Assembly: GCA_030248215.1 (NCBI GenBank)
Contig: JASANG010003765.1
Location: 1 to 64,000, forward strand
Source: Enoplolaimus lenunculus
Taxonomy: Eukaryota
DNA length: 64,000 bases
Direction of reading: 5' to 3'
Translations under genes and position numbers: made by a program
Part shown: positions 32,401 to 46,000 of the stretch, in pieces
How the letters are laid out: each line of letters begins with the position of its first letter
Numbering within the stretch: the first letter of the stretch is position 1
Notes under the pieces: generated by a model
Database searches by the model: none
Told to the model about the DNA's origin: nothing
Seen by the model: the letters and a program-made list of their open reading frames with translations, nothing else

Positions 32401-34859
32401 ATATTTTTTATGCTCAAAAATAAAGTACCCCGTTTGACCGTCTTAAGCTATGTTGTTAAAAGTCGCATTGATGGTCAGTGTGCACTTTCCGAAACGCATA
32501 AATCAGATTCAAAGCCTGACTAAGCTCAAACCGAAGCCATGCCAAATGCTGAAATCTTCGAGCAATATGAGTGACGAAGTGCACAAAACCGAGTTGATTT
32601 CAAAACATTGTGTTAATACTTTTTATATACGTCTACCAGTTTATTTCTCCGAACCGCAATTGCTGGGGGGGCTTTAAGGTTAAATTTGCTATGGTTAGCA
32701 GAACTATTCTTCATTTCGTAAAACTTGGCAATCCTTCAGAACCCGTCAATATTTTTGTAAACTGGCAAAAAATATCTCAATGGCGAGCCTGTCGCGAAGA
32801 TAATCCCATATAAAACAAAATCCATATTGTTATCCTCAAGTCCGTTAAAAGTTCCTTATATTGTCACTCCAGAAATTAAAGGAAAAGGATAATATTCCCT
32901 TTATCCCTCGAGTTTTGTATACGCCTTTGGCACGTTCGGCATAAGACACACACACAAGTGCGGTTGTACATGTATGATAATTTTGTCACCGTCATATGAT
33001 TTCGTTCTAAGGCGCACTTTGCGCACATGTTTAATGTGAATGTGTACTGGCTGTTGTGTGTGTACGTGAGCGGTTGGTTGTGTCCATTTTTTGTGTTCCA
33101 GGAGAGCCCCTTTCTATCAGTGCTTTCTAGTCTAATATTGCGATCACACAGTGGTTTAGACACTATCGAAAAATAGAGTGTTTGTTGAGAGAGAGACGTA
33201 TATTTTTCTAAGTCCAAGCATGTGTATATATATAGCGGTTGCATCTTTTACAGCGGAATAATATAGTGATTGTTATTCTAACACCAGAGTTGTTGCGCCT
33301 GATGTTTAGAATACGCTTGTTGTCAAACAGATTTGTTTCAAGCAAAGCTGACAAATAACGCACGTTTTGAGTTTGATTTTTGCGTATATATTTGTTTCCG
33401 ATATTTGAACAGTGTTCCTTCAAATTAAGATTTCCTTATTTTTATTTCATGCCCATTAATCAGCATTAACCTCTATGCAAATTTTAAGTAATATTTTAGC
33501 AGTTTTTTTTGTTCATGACTGTTGACTGAAGCGTATATGGGAAAATAGGATAATATATCCTGTGCGGAAATATCTGATGAGATTGGAAAAAATCGCGGTT
33601 GGAGCGTTTAAAATAAAGTGCTGAATGCCAAAGGTCATAAGCATATTCCTAAGCCTAAGCCTAAGCGTAAGAATGAGGATATTCCTAAGCCTAAGCCAGC
33701 AAAAAAATCAGTCTAAAGTTTAGGATTATTCTATTGCAGTCCCACAAAAACGTTCCGCCCCTGATCTATACTTGGGACTAAAACTGATATTGCTTGCTGC
33801 TTTTCTTTTTCTCGTTCGCGAAAAAAACGAAATTCAAGTTACGCCTCTGGTAATCGGGTTGTATAATTTTATTCTCTATTCACATTTCACCCTGTCTTCT
33901 GAATACCTATGCATTCTAGAGTTTTGTCAAACTGCGAACATTCATCGTTTAAGAAAAGTTATTGTTTTTATAAATTTTAGAATAACTTTGGGATTTTGTT
34001 GTTTATGTAAATTGCAGTAATTAGCATATTTTGTTTGCAGAAAAGCGTTAAGTTGTGCTATGCTTATACTGGTAATATGTTATGACTTTAACTCGAAAAT
34101 AGTGTTATAATTATCTATGGAAAACAGCATGATTTTAGCTTTGCCAGAAACCTGTGAAAATCGTTCGATTTTATTTCCTCTTACAGTTTGCCAGGATCGA
34201 AGTTATCACATCCCCGCCCATGCTTGCCGTTTTTGTACCACCCCAACATGATTTATTTAATGAAACTTTATGTCGTACTTGCGAATAAATAGGCATAAAT
34301 TCTTAATTATTTCAAATTTAAAGCACACTTTCAACGTTGAAAAATTTCATATCGAGAATAAATACTCGATGATTGACAAAAAAGACTCGGCCTATCACAA
34401 CGAGTTTCGGTTGATTGCAAAGTATTTTCAATTTTTCGTGCGTTATCCGTTATCTTTCGTTACAGTGCAATATTATCAGATCTCGGCGATATTTTAATTC
34501 GATTCGTTGCACTTTTCTGGATTCTATCCGCGAATTATACTTTAAGGCCTAAACGTTCAATTTTAAGTTGGGGTTCAGTTGGTTAAGCATACTGCTGATT
34601 GCCCATCTTTTTCAATTATCCACAATGTAATTGTTTTGTTTCTGAATATATTACCACAGTTTAACTTAAATTTACTCTTAGTGAGTGGAAATTTAGTCCA
34701 AATTCACTTGTCTATACACCTTACATTATTGTAACTTAGGCAGTAAACAAAAACGAGGAGTTCTTATAATTGAAACTGATTGCTAAATATCAGTTTTGAC
34801 AGCTGTTAACAAACAGGTTGGTTTACTCTTAGACTAATTTAAAATCTTACGTATTTTAG

Positions 34860-35440
34860 TTTAAGCTAAGCTTAGTGAACTCTCAAATACACATAATTGC
34901 TGAGCTGAATTTGTTACTTAAACCAAAAATAAGTTTACTTAAAATCGTGTTAAACTTAAAAACATGTTAGTTTAAGTAAAACTTGAAATTCTAGTTTAGT
35001 TAGTCCGTCCAGGCATTTGGGTATTACTTAAATTAATATTCAAGCTTAGTTAAGCTATAATTTAAGTTTAAGTTTTTTAGAGAGTAGTATCATCGACAGT
35101 TCGTTACCCACACAGCTTTTCGTTCGGTAGTTGGCAGCATTTAAGCCTAAGTATAATCCTAAGCTTCACGGTTGAAGACAAATTATTATGTCGGTGAGAT
35201 TTCGGTTTGACAAGTCGTCGGTCAACGGATGGTCATGCGCCGAATTGTCGCAATAGTACTCTCTAAAACTTGAACTTAAATTATAGCTCAACTAAACTTG
35301 ATTATTAGCTTAAGTAAAGCCTAATTGGCTGGACGAACTAACTAATCTAGAATTGCAAGTTTAACTTAAACTAACATGTTTTCAACGTTACACGAGTTTT
35401 AAACTTACTTTTGGTTTTAATACCAAATACCGCCCAGAAA
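34860..35440. repeat. Two diverged, oppositely oriented copies of an AT-rich repeat (about 34860-35086 and 35257-35440)
   Basis: ...ttaagctataatttaagtttaagttttttagagagta is the approximate reverse complement of tactctctaaaacttgaacttaaattatagctcaa..., extending about 190 bp. Confidence 0.7.
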
Positions 35441-35444
35441 TAAT

Positions 35445-35868
35445 GTACTAAGAATTTATAATGTTTAGTTTAATCAAAAAATATGTAAGCTAGTCTAGAA
35501 AATTAGTTTAATATTGCGGGATTAGCTTAGTACTAAGAATTTATAATGTTTAGTTTAATCAAAAATATGTAAGCTAATCTAGAAAATTAGTTTAATATTG
35601 CGGGATTAGCTTAGTACTAAGAATTTATAATGTTTAGTTTAATGAAAAAATATATAAGCTAATCTAGAAAATTAGTTTAATATTGCGGGATTAGCTTAGT
35701 ACTAAGAATTTATAATGTTTAGTTTAATGAAAAAATATGTAAGCTAATCTAGAAAATTAGTTTAATATTGCGGGATTAGCTTAGTACTAAGAATTTATAA
35801 TGTTTAGTTTAATCAAAAAATATGTAAGCTAATCTAGAAAATTAGTTTAATATTGCTGGATTAGCTTA
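35445..35868. repeat. Minisatellite, 5 x about 85 bp
   Basis: Units gtactaagaatttataatg...gcgggattagctta start at 35445, 35530, 35614, 35699 and 35784. Confidence 0.95.
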
Positions 35869-36468
35869 AGCTTAAATCAAGTTACTTTAACCGGCTCTAT
35901 TATGATAAAATTCTTGCTATGCAAATTGTTCGTCAAAGGCTTCATTACGAGTTGTTATTTACCGCATCGTTATAAGTTGCAACCTCCAAATATATATTGT
36001 AAAATATAGAAACATTAAGCAGGAGTATCAGCTTTCTATTACATGACCCAAAAAGGTTTTTATAAGCGGCTCACCGATGCTTCACTCTGTGATCTTCTGA
36101 AACTGTAATACTCAGCGGTTATATTTTTGCGATATAAAATTACCTGTTTACCTTTGCTAAACTTTTATTTAAAAAATGATTATATATCCAAATCCACTGC
36201 TTAATAAAGTGCTTGTTGGAATTGCAAAACATCCTGAGTTTTGAACAAATTTCATTGAAAGTTAAAGTTGAAGCAATTCAAATTGAGGTCTATCGACAAA
36301 GTGAAAACCGCTACATGGGATGAGGTTTGTTATCACGCGCAAAGTAATACAGTATTTTATACAATTCGTAGTTTTTTTCTACTGTGAAACATGAAAAGTT
36401 AATTAGAAAGTCAAAATCGTAGGTGTTTTATAGAAGCCATGAACAGGCTTTCTGAAATCAACAAGAAA

Positions 36469-36527
36469 TTATTATTATTATTATTATTATTATTATTGTT
36501 ATTATTGTTATTATTGTTATTATTATT
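36469..36527. repeat. (TTA/TTG)n microsatellite
   Basis: Directly visible. Confidence 0.95.
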
Positions 36528-39121
36528 GATTGTGGGGCACACTATCAGAAAACTTGCTATCATTGGCAACTTTCAGTCGCATAGTAGTAGCGAATCCAAG
36601 GCGGATGGTGGTTTATTCCCCTCAACGGTCATGTCGTGTTGAAAATTTTCCGATACATGTAGTTTATCTGAATCTAAAATGTGTTTTTAGTCAAATCGGT
36701 GAAATATACGGTGGAACGATAATTTAAAATTTAAAAATTTTCCGCCTTCAACACAATTGGTCAATCTTAAAACATTGAAAATTTTGCTCAAAAGCTGTAA
36801 ATCCGGGAAATTTGGACTGCAATACACTTAGGCGATGGTCGAATTTAGGCAATTCAGGACTTGGATTGAATAGCGCACCGGACCGATACAAATTTATAAT
36901 TTTGCATGAGTTTCTACCGCTAATTTTGCGTTTCAGTTCTCCTTAGTGACGCTTGCAAAGTTTCGTTTAAAACATGTTGTTGAACTAAAACGCAAAAGCT
37001 CAATGACCCATTATTTAAACCGCAAATTAGCCCTCGGCAATTAAGTGATAGCTTCAGTTGACATTTGAATATTTTTCTATTCTTTAAGCAAATGAAACGT
37101 GCCGCGGCTAAGTTATCCGCGCCCCCACTGCCTAAAACGCAAACTTTCTTGTGAGGTATCAACCAGGGCGCCTTATCCAAAAAAGGAGGACACATATACA
37201 AAAGAAAACTCGCGAGCGAGATGCCTAATAAGCGTGAATAACGCAATACTTTTAACCTAAATTGCAATCCTGCAGGCTTTACAAACGGTGTCACTCTTAG
37301 GCGTAGGATGGACAGTAGCCACGGTGCTGAAATAGAATTGTCAGTGCACAGAAAAAAATCAAGATTTCTTGTTTACAGTAGCACCGATAGGTACTAAGAC
37401 AGTTAGCTGTAACCTCGACTTGTGTTTGTCGGTAGATTGATTTTGGTGCTTTGAATACTTAATGTTTTGAAAAGTTATAAATATTTAAACAAACACTTTT
37501 CTTGCAATTTGAACGTTTTGCATATGGTACAGAACTAAACTACTAAACTAAAAGTTTATTTGTTATTAGCCAAGTCATTGGTTGCTAAGTTTACGGAGTT
37601 ATGATTTTATTTTTTTAAATTTAGTGTTAATACTTCAACGTCCATTTTGAAAATTTGGCTCTTGTAGTCCCACCACTCGCTAAAGCTTATGCTCAAGTTT
37701 AGGCTTAGGCTTAGGCTCAGGTCCAGACTAAATACTTGGGCTTAGGGTTTCGAAAAACGCTTTTCTAAGCTTAAAAGCCTAAACTTTTGTCCTAGCCTTT
37801 GCCTAACCCTAAGCCTAAGGCTGAGCATTAATTTAAAATGTGGGAAGGGATAGTGTACAAGAGCCAAAAATTTTATACAGGCTGTAAGCAGGGTGCAACC
37901 AGAGGTCTGCCTTAGGCTAAATTTTTTGGCGGAGGTATTGGCAGTGCTCAAGCCCAAGTCCATTCCTGCACTGTGGGAAAGCTGTGTTAACTGACAATTT
38001 CTTTGCACTACTATAAGTCAAACTGCTGCCAAACGTTCTGTTATTATATTACAAAGATGATTATGATGTCTGGTGTCTTTGTAAATGTACTGTTTTTCAG
38101 CAATTATCCAATAGAGTCAAAAAGCTTAAGCTTTAGGCTATTTTTTACTCAGGTTTAAGTTTCGACCTAGGTTTAGTTACAGGCGTATCCGTTTGTGAAG
38201 CTTAAGTTTACGCTTACAAATACTTATACTACTGTTACACCCCTAAAAGTGACACCGGCCATATATATACAATATAGTTGTCAAAGTGCTGGTTCACACT
38301 GCACGTTGCCCAACCGCATTCTCTGCGCAACTAATTTAAATATCGCTTTAAAGCTTCATGCGCGCAATGAACAGGAACGACGCTCGGCGAAAACCCGGTA
38401 TTATTTTCCCAAAGGCATATAACGGTTTTGCTGACACTGATATATGATTTGGCAGAGTTGCACACTGGTATATTTATATACTTAAAAAATCTTTACCATT
38501 TTTCTTTTATTATTTGACGTTTGTAAAAAACGTAATCTGGTGCTGCTGCTGTACCTACGCAAACGTTTAGAGCTTGTTGTGTATGACCGGTAATTCATGA
38601 TAAAATGACATTAATCATGATCACACACATTAGATATGCGTATGCAATACCTTACGTGAAAACATAACTCTTGTACCCTCTAACGAGTTTAGACTTAGGC
38701 TCAGGTTTAAGCTTTTGCTTGATCGGGCTTTTGTACACTTCTTCCCACATGCATAGGCTTAGGTTCAGGTTTAGGCTCGAGCTTTGGGTTTTGTCTTAGT
38801 TTTCGGAAAAGGTTTACCAAAGCTAAAGCCTAAACTTTTGCTTAAGCCTTTTCCTAAACCTACGCCTTTAAACGTGGGTTGGAAAGTATACAAGAGATCT
38901 TATGTTTTGTGACTTGTAATTCACTGTAGTAGGTGTATCAATAATTTAATGGTCATCTCGAGGATTACAAGCCTCTAACGAGCCTCAACCTGCAATAAAA
39001 TATTTTTGAGCACATATTTAATTCAGTACCTTTCCATGACTTGAACAACTAAATTCCGTGCCCCAAATTTGAATTTTTCAAATTTCTCTGTTAATACGGT
39101 ATACAATGATTTTTCTCTTAA

Positions 39122-39384
39122 CCCCTTCTCACATTGAGTTGCCTATAGGCAACTCAGCGCAGTGTATATACGTTATATAATATATATCGCACCGTGTTTG
39201 ACAATTGCAACACGTATACATAGTACTAAATCACCACAAGACGTAAGAGCCGCCTCGGGCTCGAGCGTCAAGCTCCTATAGCTGAGTGGTGATGGTATAC
39301 GCCTCCCACTCCAGTCACTGGAGTTCGAATCCTAGCATAAAAGTAGGTCTCAGGGAAAACAGAAAATATTCATGTGAGAAAGGG
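39122..39384 (+). mobile_element. piggyBac-type MITE with internal tRNA-like A/B boxes
   Basis: TTAA|CCCCTTCTCACAT ... ATGTGAGAAAGGG|TTAA, with internal TAGCTGAGTGGT (39279) and GGAGTTCGAATCC (39320). Confidence 0.82.
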
Positions 39385-41605
39385 TTAATAGCAGTATAAA
39401 AGTTCTGTCTGAAAAGTTTAAAAATTCAAATATTTTAACGCGCTTTGAAGATGAACTGAATAGCATTTAAGTTTACTTCGATCTGACTGTCAGTTCTTGA
39501 GTTATAGTACAAATTGCTCGGACACTGTCCAGTTTTCCCCAAAAATTAATGTTTTGTAAGTATAACTCGGGAATCAGTTTTCGGAACGAAACAATATTAA
39601 CACTTTTCTCTTCAGTTTTGCGTTCTGTGTTAAATAACATAATACTTTGAGCCCGCATGGCATTTATTTCTTGAGCCACAAATTCTTTCTTAAGATCGCT
39701 CAGAACTAAAATGTTTAAATATTCAAATTTGAGCATAAAATAAAGAATTGTAGAAAATCGAATGATGAGTAAAATTTTCAAACAAAATTATTTTTTGCCA
39801 ACACCGATTAAATATATTCATGAAGAGTAAAAGTGTGGCTAGCAGGTCAATAATTATTTATCGTTGAGCGAGCTTACTTCAAAAACGTGTCCTAGGGAAC
39901 GATTCGTTGTATCAGTGTAGTAGCATGCCAACCGATTCCGCAACTGTTCGTTGCTGTTTGATTTCCTTCTTCCAGTACGTAGCTTTCTTTGAACAAATAC
40001 TTCTCATCAGTGTGACTTATTTGTTGTAAAGCGGATAATTCCGCCGCATCGACCATGCCTCGTGACGTTTGTGCTAAGACTACTGTTGAAGGGTGATTTC
40101 AGTAAATCCCGCTGAACTAAATTGCATTCTTTGCACCGCTATCTATACAGCCCCCTTGACGAAAAAGTTTAGAACTCGATGACTCTTGGTAATCAACTCG
40201 AAATATCGTGAACAATTACCGAGGTGTAGCACAACATTGTGATCAGAGCTGTAAGTGGGTAAACATTGTTTTACCCGCGCTGAGTATTACCCGCGTAAAT
40301 TTTATTTATTTTGCCCGCAGGTATACCCGCGCAAAATTTCTTTACACACACTACCCGCCGTTACTCGCCCTTATTTTTATTGTGTTCAATACAACTGTGT
40401 AATTTTACAGTGTATAGATGTTAAACTTTGAAACAAACCATTCAGTAAAAAGTGTATAACGCAGTATAATATTGCGCATAACACCCATCACCGGTAAAAC
40501 TAGGTTGTTTGTCGATGGGTGATCATGATAAATGAATGAAAACTTTCTTGTATGTACGAAATCATTATAGATACGATGGTAAAATCACACATTTCTTTGT
40601 CTTCCGTCGCAATTCCTCTTAAAACTTCATTCAAAAAACCTATGAACATTCTGTTCCAAACTAAAGAAAAGGCCAGCTTGCATACCTCTCTGCTCGAGTG
40701 GTTCAAAAACATAGAAGACAAGCAAACTTAGTTGTAGGAGGATACCCAAATACGTATTGAGAATAGGTTAGTCTCTGGTGTTGTGGTGGTTTCAGTCAAT
40801 GTCATTGTTCTAATACAACTACCCAAAACAAAGGAAGTAACATAAAAATAAAGATCTTAGAATGGTTAGTTGTTTTACGCTCATGAAGTTCGTTTGTGAT
40901 TCAGGGCCCTTCATTTGAAGCTACGAGTTAAGGATCATAATCCTGCACAGAAAATTTTATTCCAGATATCTTGAAATTATCCGGATATCCGGAATAAAAA
41001 CATCCGGAAAAAATGTCAAGATATCGAACTTGAAAAAATACCCGATGCCCATTACTGGTTGTAACTCTTTGATACACTCTGTATCAGAATTCCAGCGGAA
41101 TTCTGATTTCGGTTAAAATGTTGATAAAATTTGCATTCCGATTCCGATTCCGAATGAGTGTTATTCTGATGTCGGAATTCCGATTTTTCGGTGATTGAAG
41201 TATTGGTAAAACACTAGCCCTCGTTACAAAGTATAATTACGGGTAACTCTGAGAAATGGCAGGACTCTGTTAATATATATCATGTTAGATACAAACTATT
41301 TTTACTGACAATGTAAACAATAATGTATACATACAATCCTGTGGCGACAAAAGTAATACACTTATTTTTACTAAAATTTAAATTCCGATTCCTATTCCGA
41401 TTCCAGTTCCGACACAAAAGTTGATTCCGATTCCGCTCCCAACACCGTGTGTTATCTCGACAGCTTGATTTGGATAAGTATTATACGTGTTACGTATGTA
41501 ACACGTATACAAATCCATGTATATTATATGAAATGCATAGATATCTGGTTGTAAACGTTGCCCATGAATGTTTTAAAAATGTAAATAAACAGAGGCGTGT
41601 ACAAG

Positions 41606-41683
41606 TCGCTGTGGCGCAGTTGGTTGGTACCTGAGTCACAAGTGGACAGCGTATGGGCTATTGAGCAGCGGTTCGACTGCAGC
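41606..41683 (+). repeat. tRNA-derived SINE-like head
   Basis: A-box-like TGGCGCAGTTGG and B-box-like GGTTCGACTGC. Confidence 0.45.
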
Positions 41684-42842
41684 TTGAAGCTAGTTAGTTA
41701 TAAATATGTTGTTTCTACGCTAACTTCACTGATTTCTTTTCAATAATACATTTAGTTCGCCATTTTCACGAGATTTTCAAAAGTAGCTGAAAATACTGTG
41801 ACTTTGACCCTTTGCCGCATTTAAATGTACTTTCGAGCAAGAATTTGAATTTGGGACTACGGCACGGATGAACCATTTCAGGGGTTGCTTGTTTATTTGC
41901 TTGCATTCGGTTGTGTCAGCCAGTTGTTTGTTGTTCACACAATTTTTATCACATAAACATACTGATAATAATGACCACTGGTTACTTACGTTTAGGAGCG
42001 TATCAGTAGCAAGTTTATACCGAAGCTTAAGTGTCACGACAGTTCTACAACTGAGTCTTTAAAATATAACAAACAATTGGTCTAAAGTCTAAGTCTATGC
42101 TGTTGCAGTCTGATATCAGCACCAAATCTGTATATAAAATTTTAGTTCAATTTTTGTTATGGATGCCATCACCCTGGCTATCTTGCTGAATTCGTCAGTA
42201 ACCTTTTGCCGCTCCTATATCGGCTCCAACAGAAAACTGTTCTACATATGTGAGCCTTCAATCTGCAATGAGTATAGGCGTACTGCTCATTATATCAGAG
42301 GGTTTGTCCGAACCATTCTTGCTCAAAAACTAAATTTCATTGCCTCAAAATATACTAAATCGTCCGCAAGATTTCAACTATAGTGCAGTTTCTTACTATT
42401 TTAGCGTGTGCCCTGCAAAATCAAGAATTGCCTGAAAAATAAACATTTTTGCCGAATCATACGGCTACAGCCACGCTCAGGCTTCATCTCGTGAACCGTT
42501 GGTGTTTGTGCGATCGACAATACAGACCCAACATTGAACCAACCTGTCATAGTCACTCAACGAATAAACCATGCTAAATCAGACTATTTTACTATGATAA
42601 ACTTTATTTCAGATTTAAAGAGGAATCTTTTCAGTGGCGTCATAAACCATTATTGGTTTTGAAATTGCCGACACAGCGTGTCATTTAGGTTAACGATAAT
42701 TAGAGGCTTTTAACCAAACTAGCACAAACGGTACAAAACGAACAGAAGCAGAAGTCTTTTGGATAGCGATTTTTCTCACTTTGTATACAATTTTTACACA
42801 GTATTGTTCTTAAAGTTAGGGTTGCGCTGTGCTTGACGTCTG

Positions 42843-43025
42843 GCGCCGCCCATCACCGTGCGTCACCCATACGTCACCGTCCGTCACCGTACGTTATTGT
42901 ACGTGAGTTATTTGCGTACGATACCGCACGGTGACGGACGGCGCCGTACGGGTGACGTCCGGCACCGTACGGGTGACAAAAAGTGCGACGGTGCGTGCGG
43001 GTGACGGACAGCGCCGGGCGGTGTG
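42843..43025. repeat. GC-rich fold-back repeat of (GTCACCGTAC)-like units, probably a MITE
   Basis: tcaccg repeats on the left are mirrored by cggtgac/gggtgac repeats on the right. Confidence 0.6.
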
Positions 43026-46000
43026 AGAAGTTTGTGATTTTGACTTAAGCCTGTACCCTGTATCGCCTGTTATGTTCTTTCCGCGATGTATGCTTATCGC
43101 TCTGATTTAGTAAACGCGGCCGGTAAATGTTTATTATAAATCCCAACCCGAAACCCGTATAGCACAAAATATCCAATATTAACACCAGCAAATTACAGGT
43201 TATGCAATCTAACTGGCAACCCGAGCCGGAATCCTTAAAGCCGACGCCTGAATCTGATTTAATCCAGCCACTGGCTCTACCGTACCCAATACTTTTACCG
43301 TTTTCCAGAATCCGTGCAATTCTAACCCCGTTAGAATTACACTCCGTTAAACCGTGTACTCTAACCCCGTTAGAGTTACACCAAATTTTCCGACCAATCT
43401 AACCCCGTTAGATTTGGCCAAGCCGTTGTAGAATATTAAATCTAACCCCGTTAGATTTATTAGACTACTTTTTCCCAGGTTTCCTTTAATACCCCAAGTT
43501 CCTTTAGCACATGACACCAGTATCCGATACTGGGTAAATTCTGCGCCTTGCGCAATGCCGGTTAAATCCGTAACGCCGTAATTCCTTCACATACTGCACG
43601 CCTCCGTGACTATTCTTAAATTAAATCCGTTAAGTCCTACTTACCCAAGTCTCGCTTAATCCAACCGTAAAACTTAGTAACAGCAATAAGTAAAACTACG
43701 TGTAGTGCACCAAAAATATCACAACCGTTCAGTACTAGCTCAGAATCAAGAATGATTCCGGTCCTGGCTACCCCTGTTTGCACCTCGACCTCATTTGCAT
43801 TTCTGCCGACACCCACGATTGGGTGTCCGCGTTGCGGTTGAGGTCCAGAGCCAATCACCCGGTTCTAATCCTGTACGCCTACACCATATACAACAACAAC
43901 AACAAATAACAACCAATCATGTCGGACACTCACGACATGATGACTTAGACTAGCTAAGTCGTTAACCGCAAATCGAGCCGTCACATTTATACAACATTAT
44001 TCAATGGCCACGCAGGGCCCCAGGTAAGTTACATTGCGGACACAGCCGCCATAGCATAGTTTTACCAATTTCTACGCCTTGCCGCAACGCCTAAGCCTAA
44101 CTTAAGTTCTAAGAGAGACTAGGTGGAGCCAGAGACTCCCTTAAGGTGTGGTTTTGATATAGGATTTTATTTTATATTTTAGTTTTAGTTTGAAATAGGT
44201 TAAGTGTGGCACAGCCACCTACAGGCGGCACCGCACGTCAGCAAAAGTATAGCGCATCCCTCACGCTACAACCGCTAAAAAGTTACTCGATACACGTAAA
44301 AGATATTGCGGATTCTGCATTATTACAGTTCTTTTGGCCAATGTGACTTACTAGTCAACATGGAACCTCCACCGGCCAAGAACTTGTATATCTGTGAAGC
44401 TTTGTGCAATTTTTATCATCTTTAGTTTTGAGCCGATTAAGTTGGAGAATTTGACTATGAAGTTTTTTATGAACAGCGCCGCAGGTAAAATTTTTCGAAA
44501 ATTGAATACCTTCGCAAGCGAAGCGAGCGAGAAGCTAGGCGTAAATTTTTGTACCTAATTTTAAAATCATGACATACGTAGTGATTCGGGTTGGGATTGA
44601 GCGCGCGCCCACCCCCTCTCCCTTTCGCTACACCCCTGATCGTATAATCATTTCAGGTTTTAAACACTATATATATTTTCTTATTTGTGCCGAAAATCGT
44701 TATAAGCAAAACCATTTTATCGAAATGCTAAAACGTGAAGCGGTTTAAAACAACAAAATTAACCCACGGGAAACTGCATGAGCCGCGTCAGGTTAATAAT
44801 ATTTGTTTTTAATGAAATATATAATTTTTTTACGTGTCACATGTGATATGCTCACCACATACTTTCCGCTAAAACGCAATATTAGATGTGTTTTTAGACA
44901 ATGATCTGACTGTTTTATGAAGCGGCGTTTTCGTAGTTCCCGTTTCTTTGCTTTTAAACACGTTATATTTAGTTTTTTTTTGTTTCATTTCTTTTTCTGA
45001 TATCCTCAAATACATGGACGTGAGCGTAAGTTTATCTAATTGTGTCGAGCAGGAGTGCAACTGCTATCACCCAAAAACGGGAGGTGTGTAAAGTTTTGCC
45101 TTTGGATCAATCAAACGGGGTGCATCAAAGTTATGGTGTTTGGCCAATCCGGTGAGCAACACTCCAGACACCGCTGTTCCCGTGAACGCGGTAAATATGT
45201 GCAACAACCTTTGTAGGTGCATTTTCACAGCATTTAAAGTTAAGGTATAGGTTTAGGCAAAACTTTTAAAGTAAGTAAACATTTTCCACCTAAGCATAAA
45301 AATGTCATCGGACTTGTACATGGACCGTGTGTGTCACCTGGCACAAGGTGATTGGTCGTGCAAAAATTTTAAACAACCAATGGAAACCCTCGAAATTCGC
45401 CACACTTATACTACTTGATCGGTCCAAACATCATACCACTGAACAAGCAAAGTTTGAGATCTAAAGTTGCCACAGCTCGCTTGTTTGAAACGTTTTTATT
45501 AACTCGGGATAAGCGGCTACATGCATTTGACCATATGCCTGTTTACATTCAAAGTATCTATTGTATAAATTCTGTAAATTGAATATAACATATATTATTT
45601 AAAAATTCTACATTAAAATTATGTCTTGGAACTACAAAAGTACTGCGATCTTGTGTGTTTGAGTTGCTGAAAGCGTTCAAAATTTGTCAGATTATACGCG
45701 AGCAAGATTCCGAACGCAATTTTACTATAAAATAAAACAAAACAAAACGTCAGTTTGCTACAATTCGGTCACCAGGTTTCGTCTTAGATCCGCTCATTCG
45801 CTGCAGACCAAAAGTGTACAATAAAGTTTCACGGGACAAGCGAGCTAAGCGATCGAGAAACCAGGCGCATATTTTGCATTCGTCCTATTAAAAAGTCTAT
45901 TTTTTAAATTGATTTTGTTTCCCAACCCAGGGCTCATTTCTTACCACCCATCCACAGGAAAGCGGACTTGTGAGGCGGTAAGTGTGGTCCAGTGATCCAG

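Noticed and set aside
35445..35868. Regular repeats resembling a CRISPR array
   Set aside because: The units are head-to-tail with no unique spacers, there are no cas genes and the context is eukaryotic.
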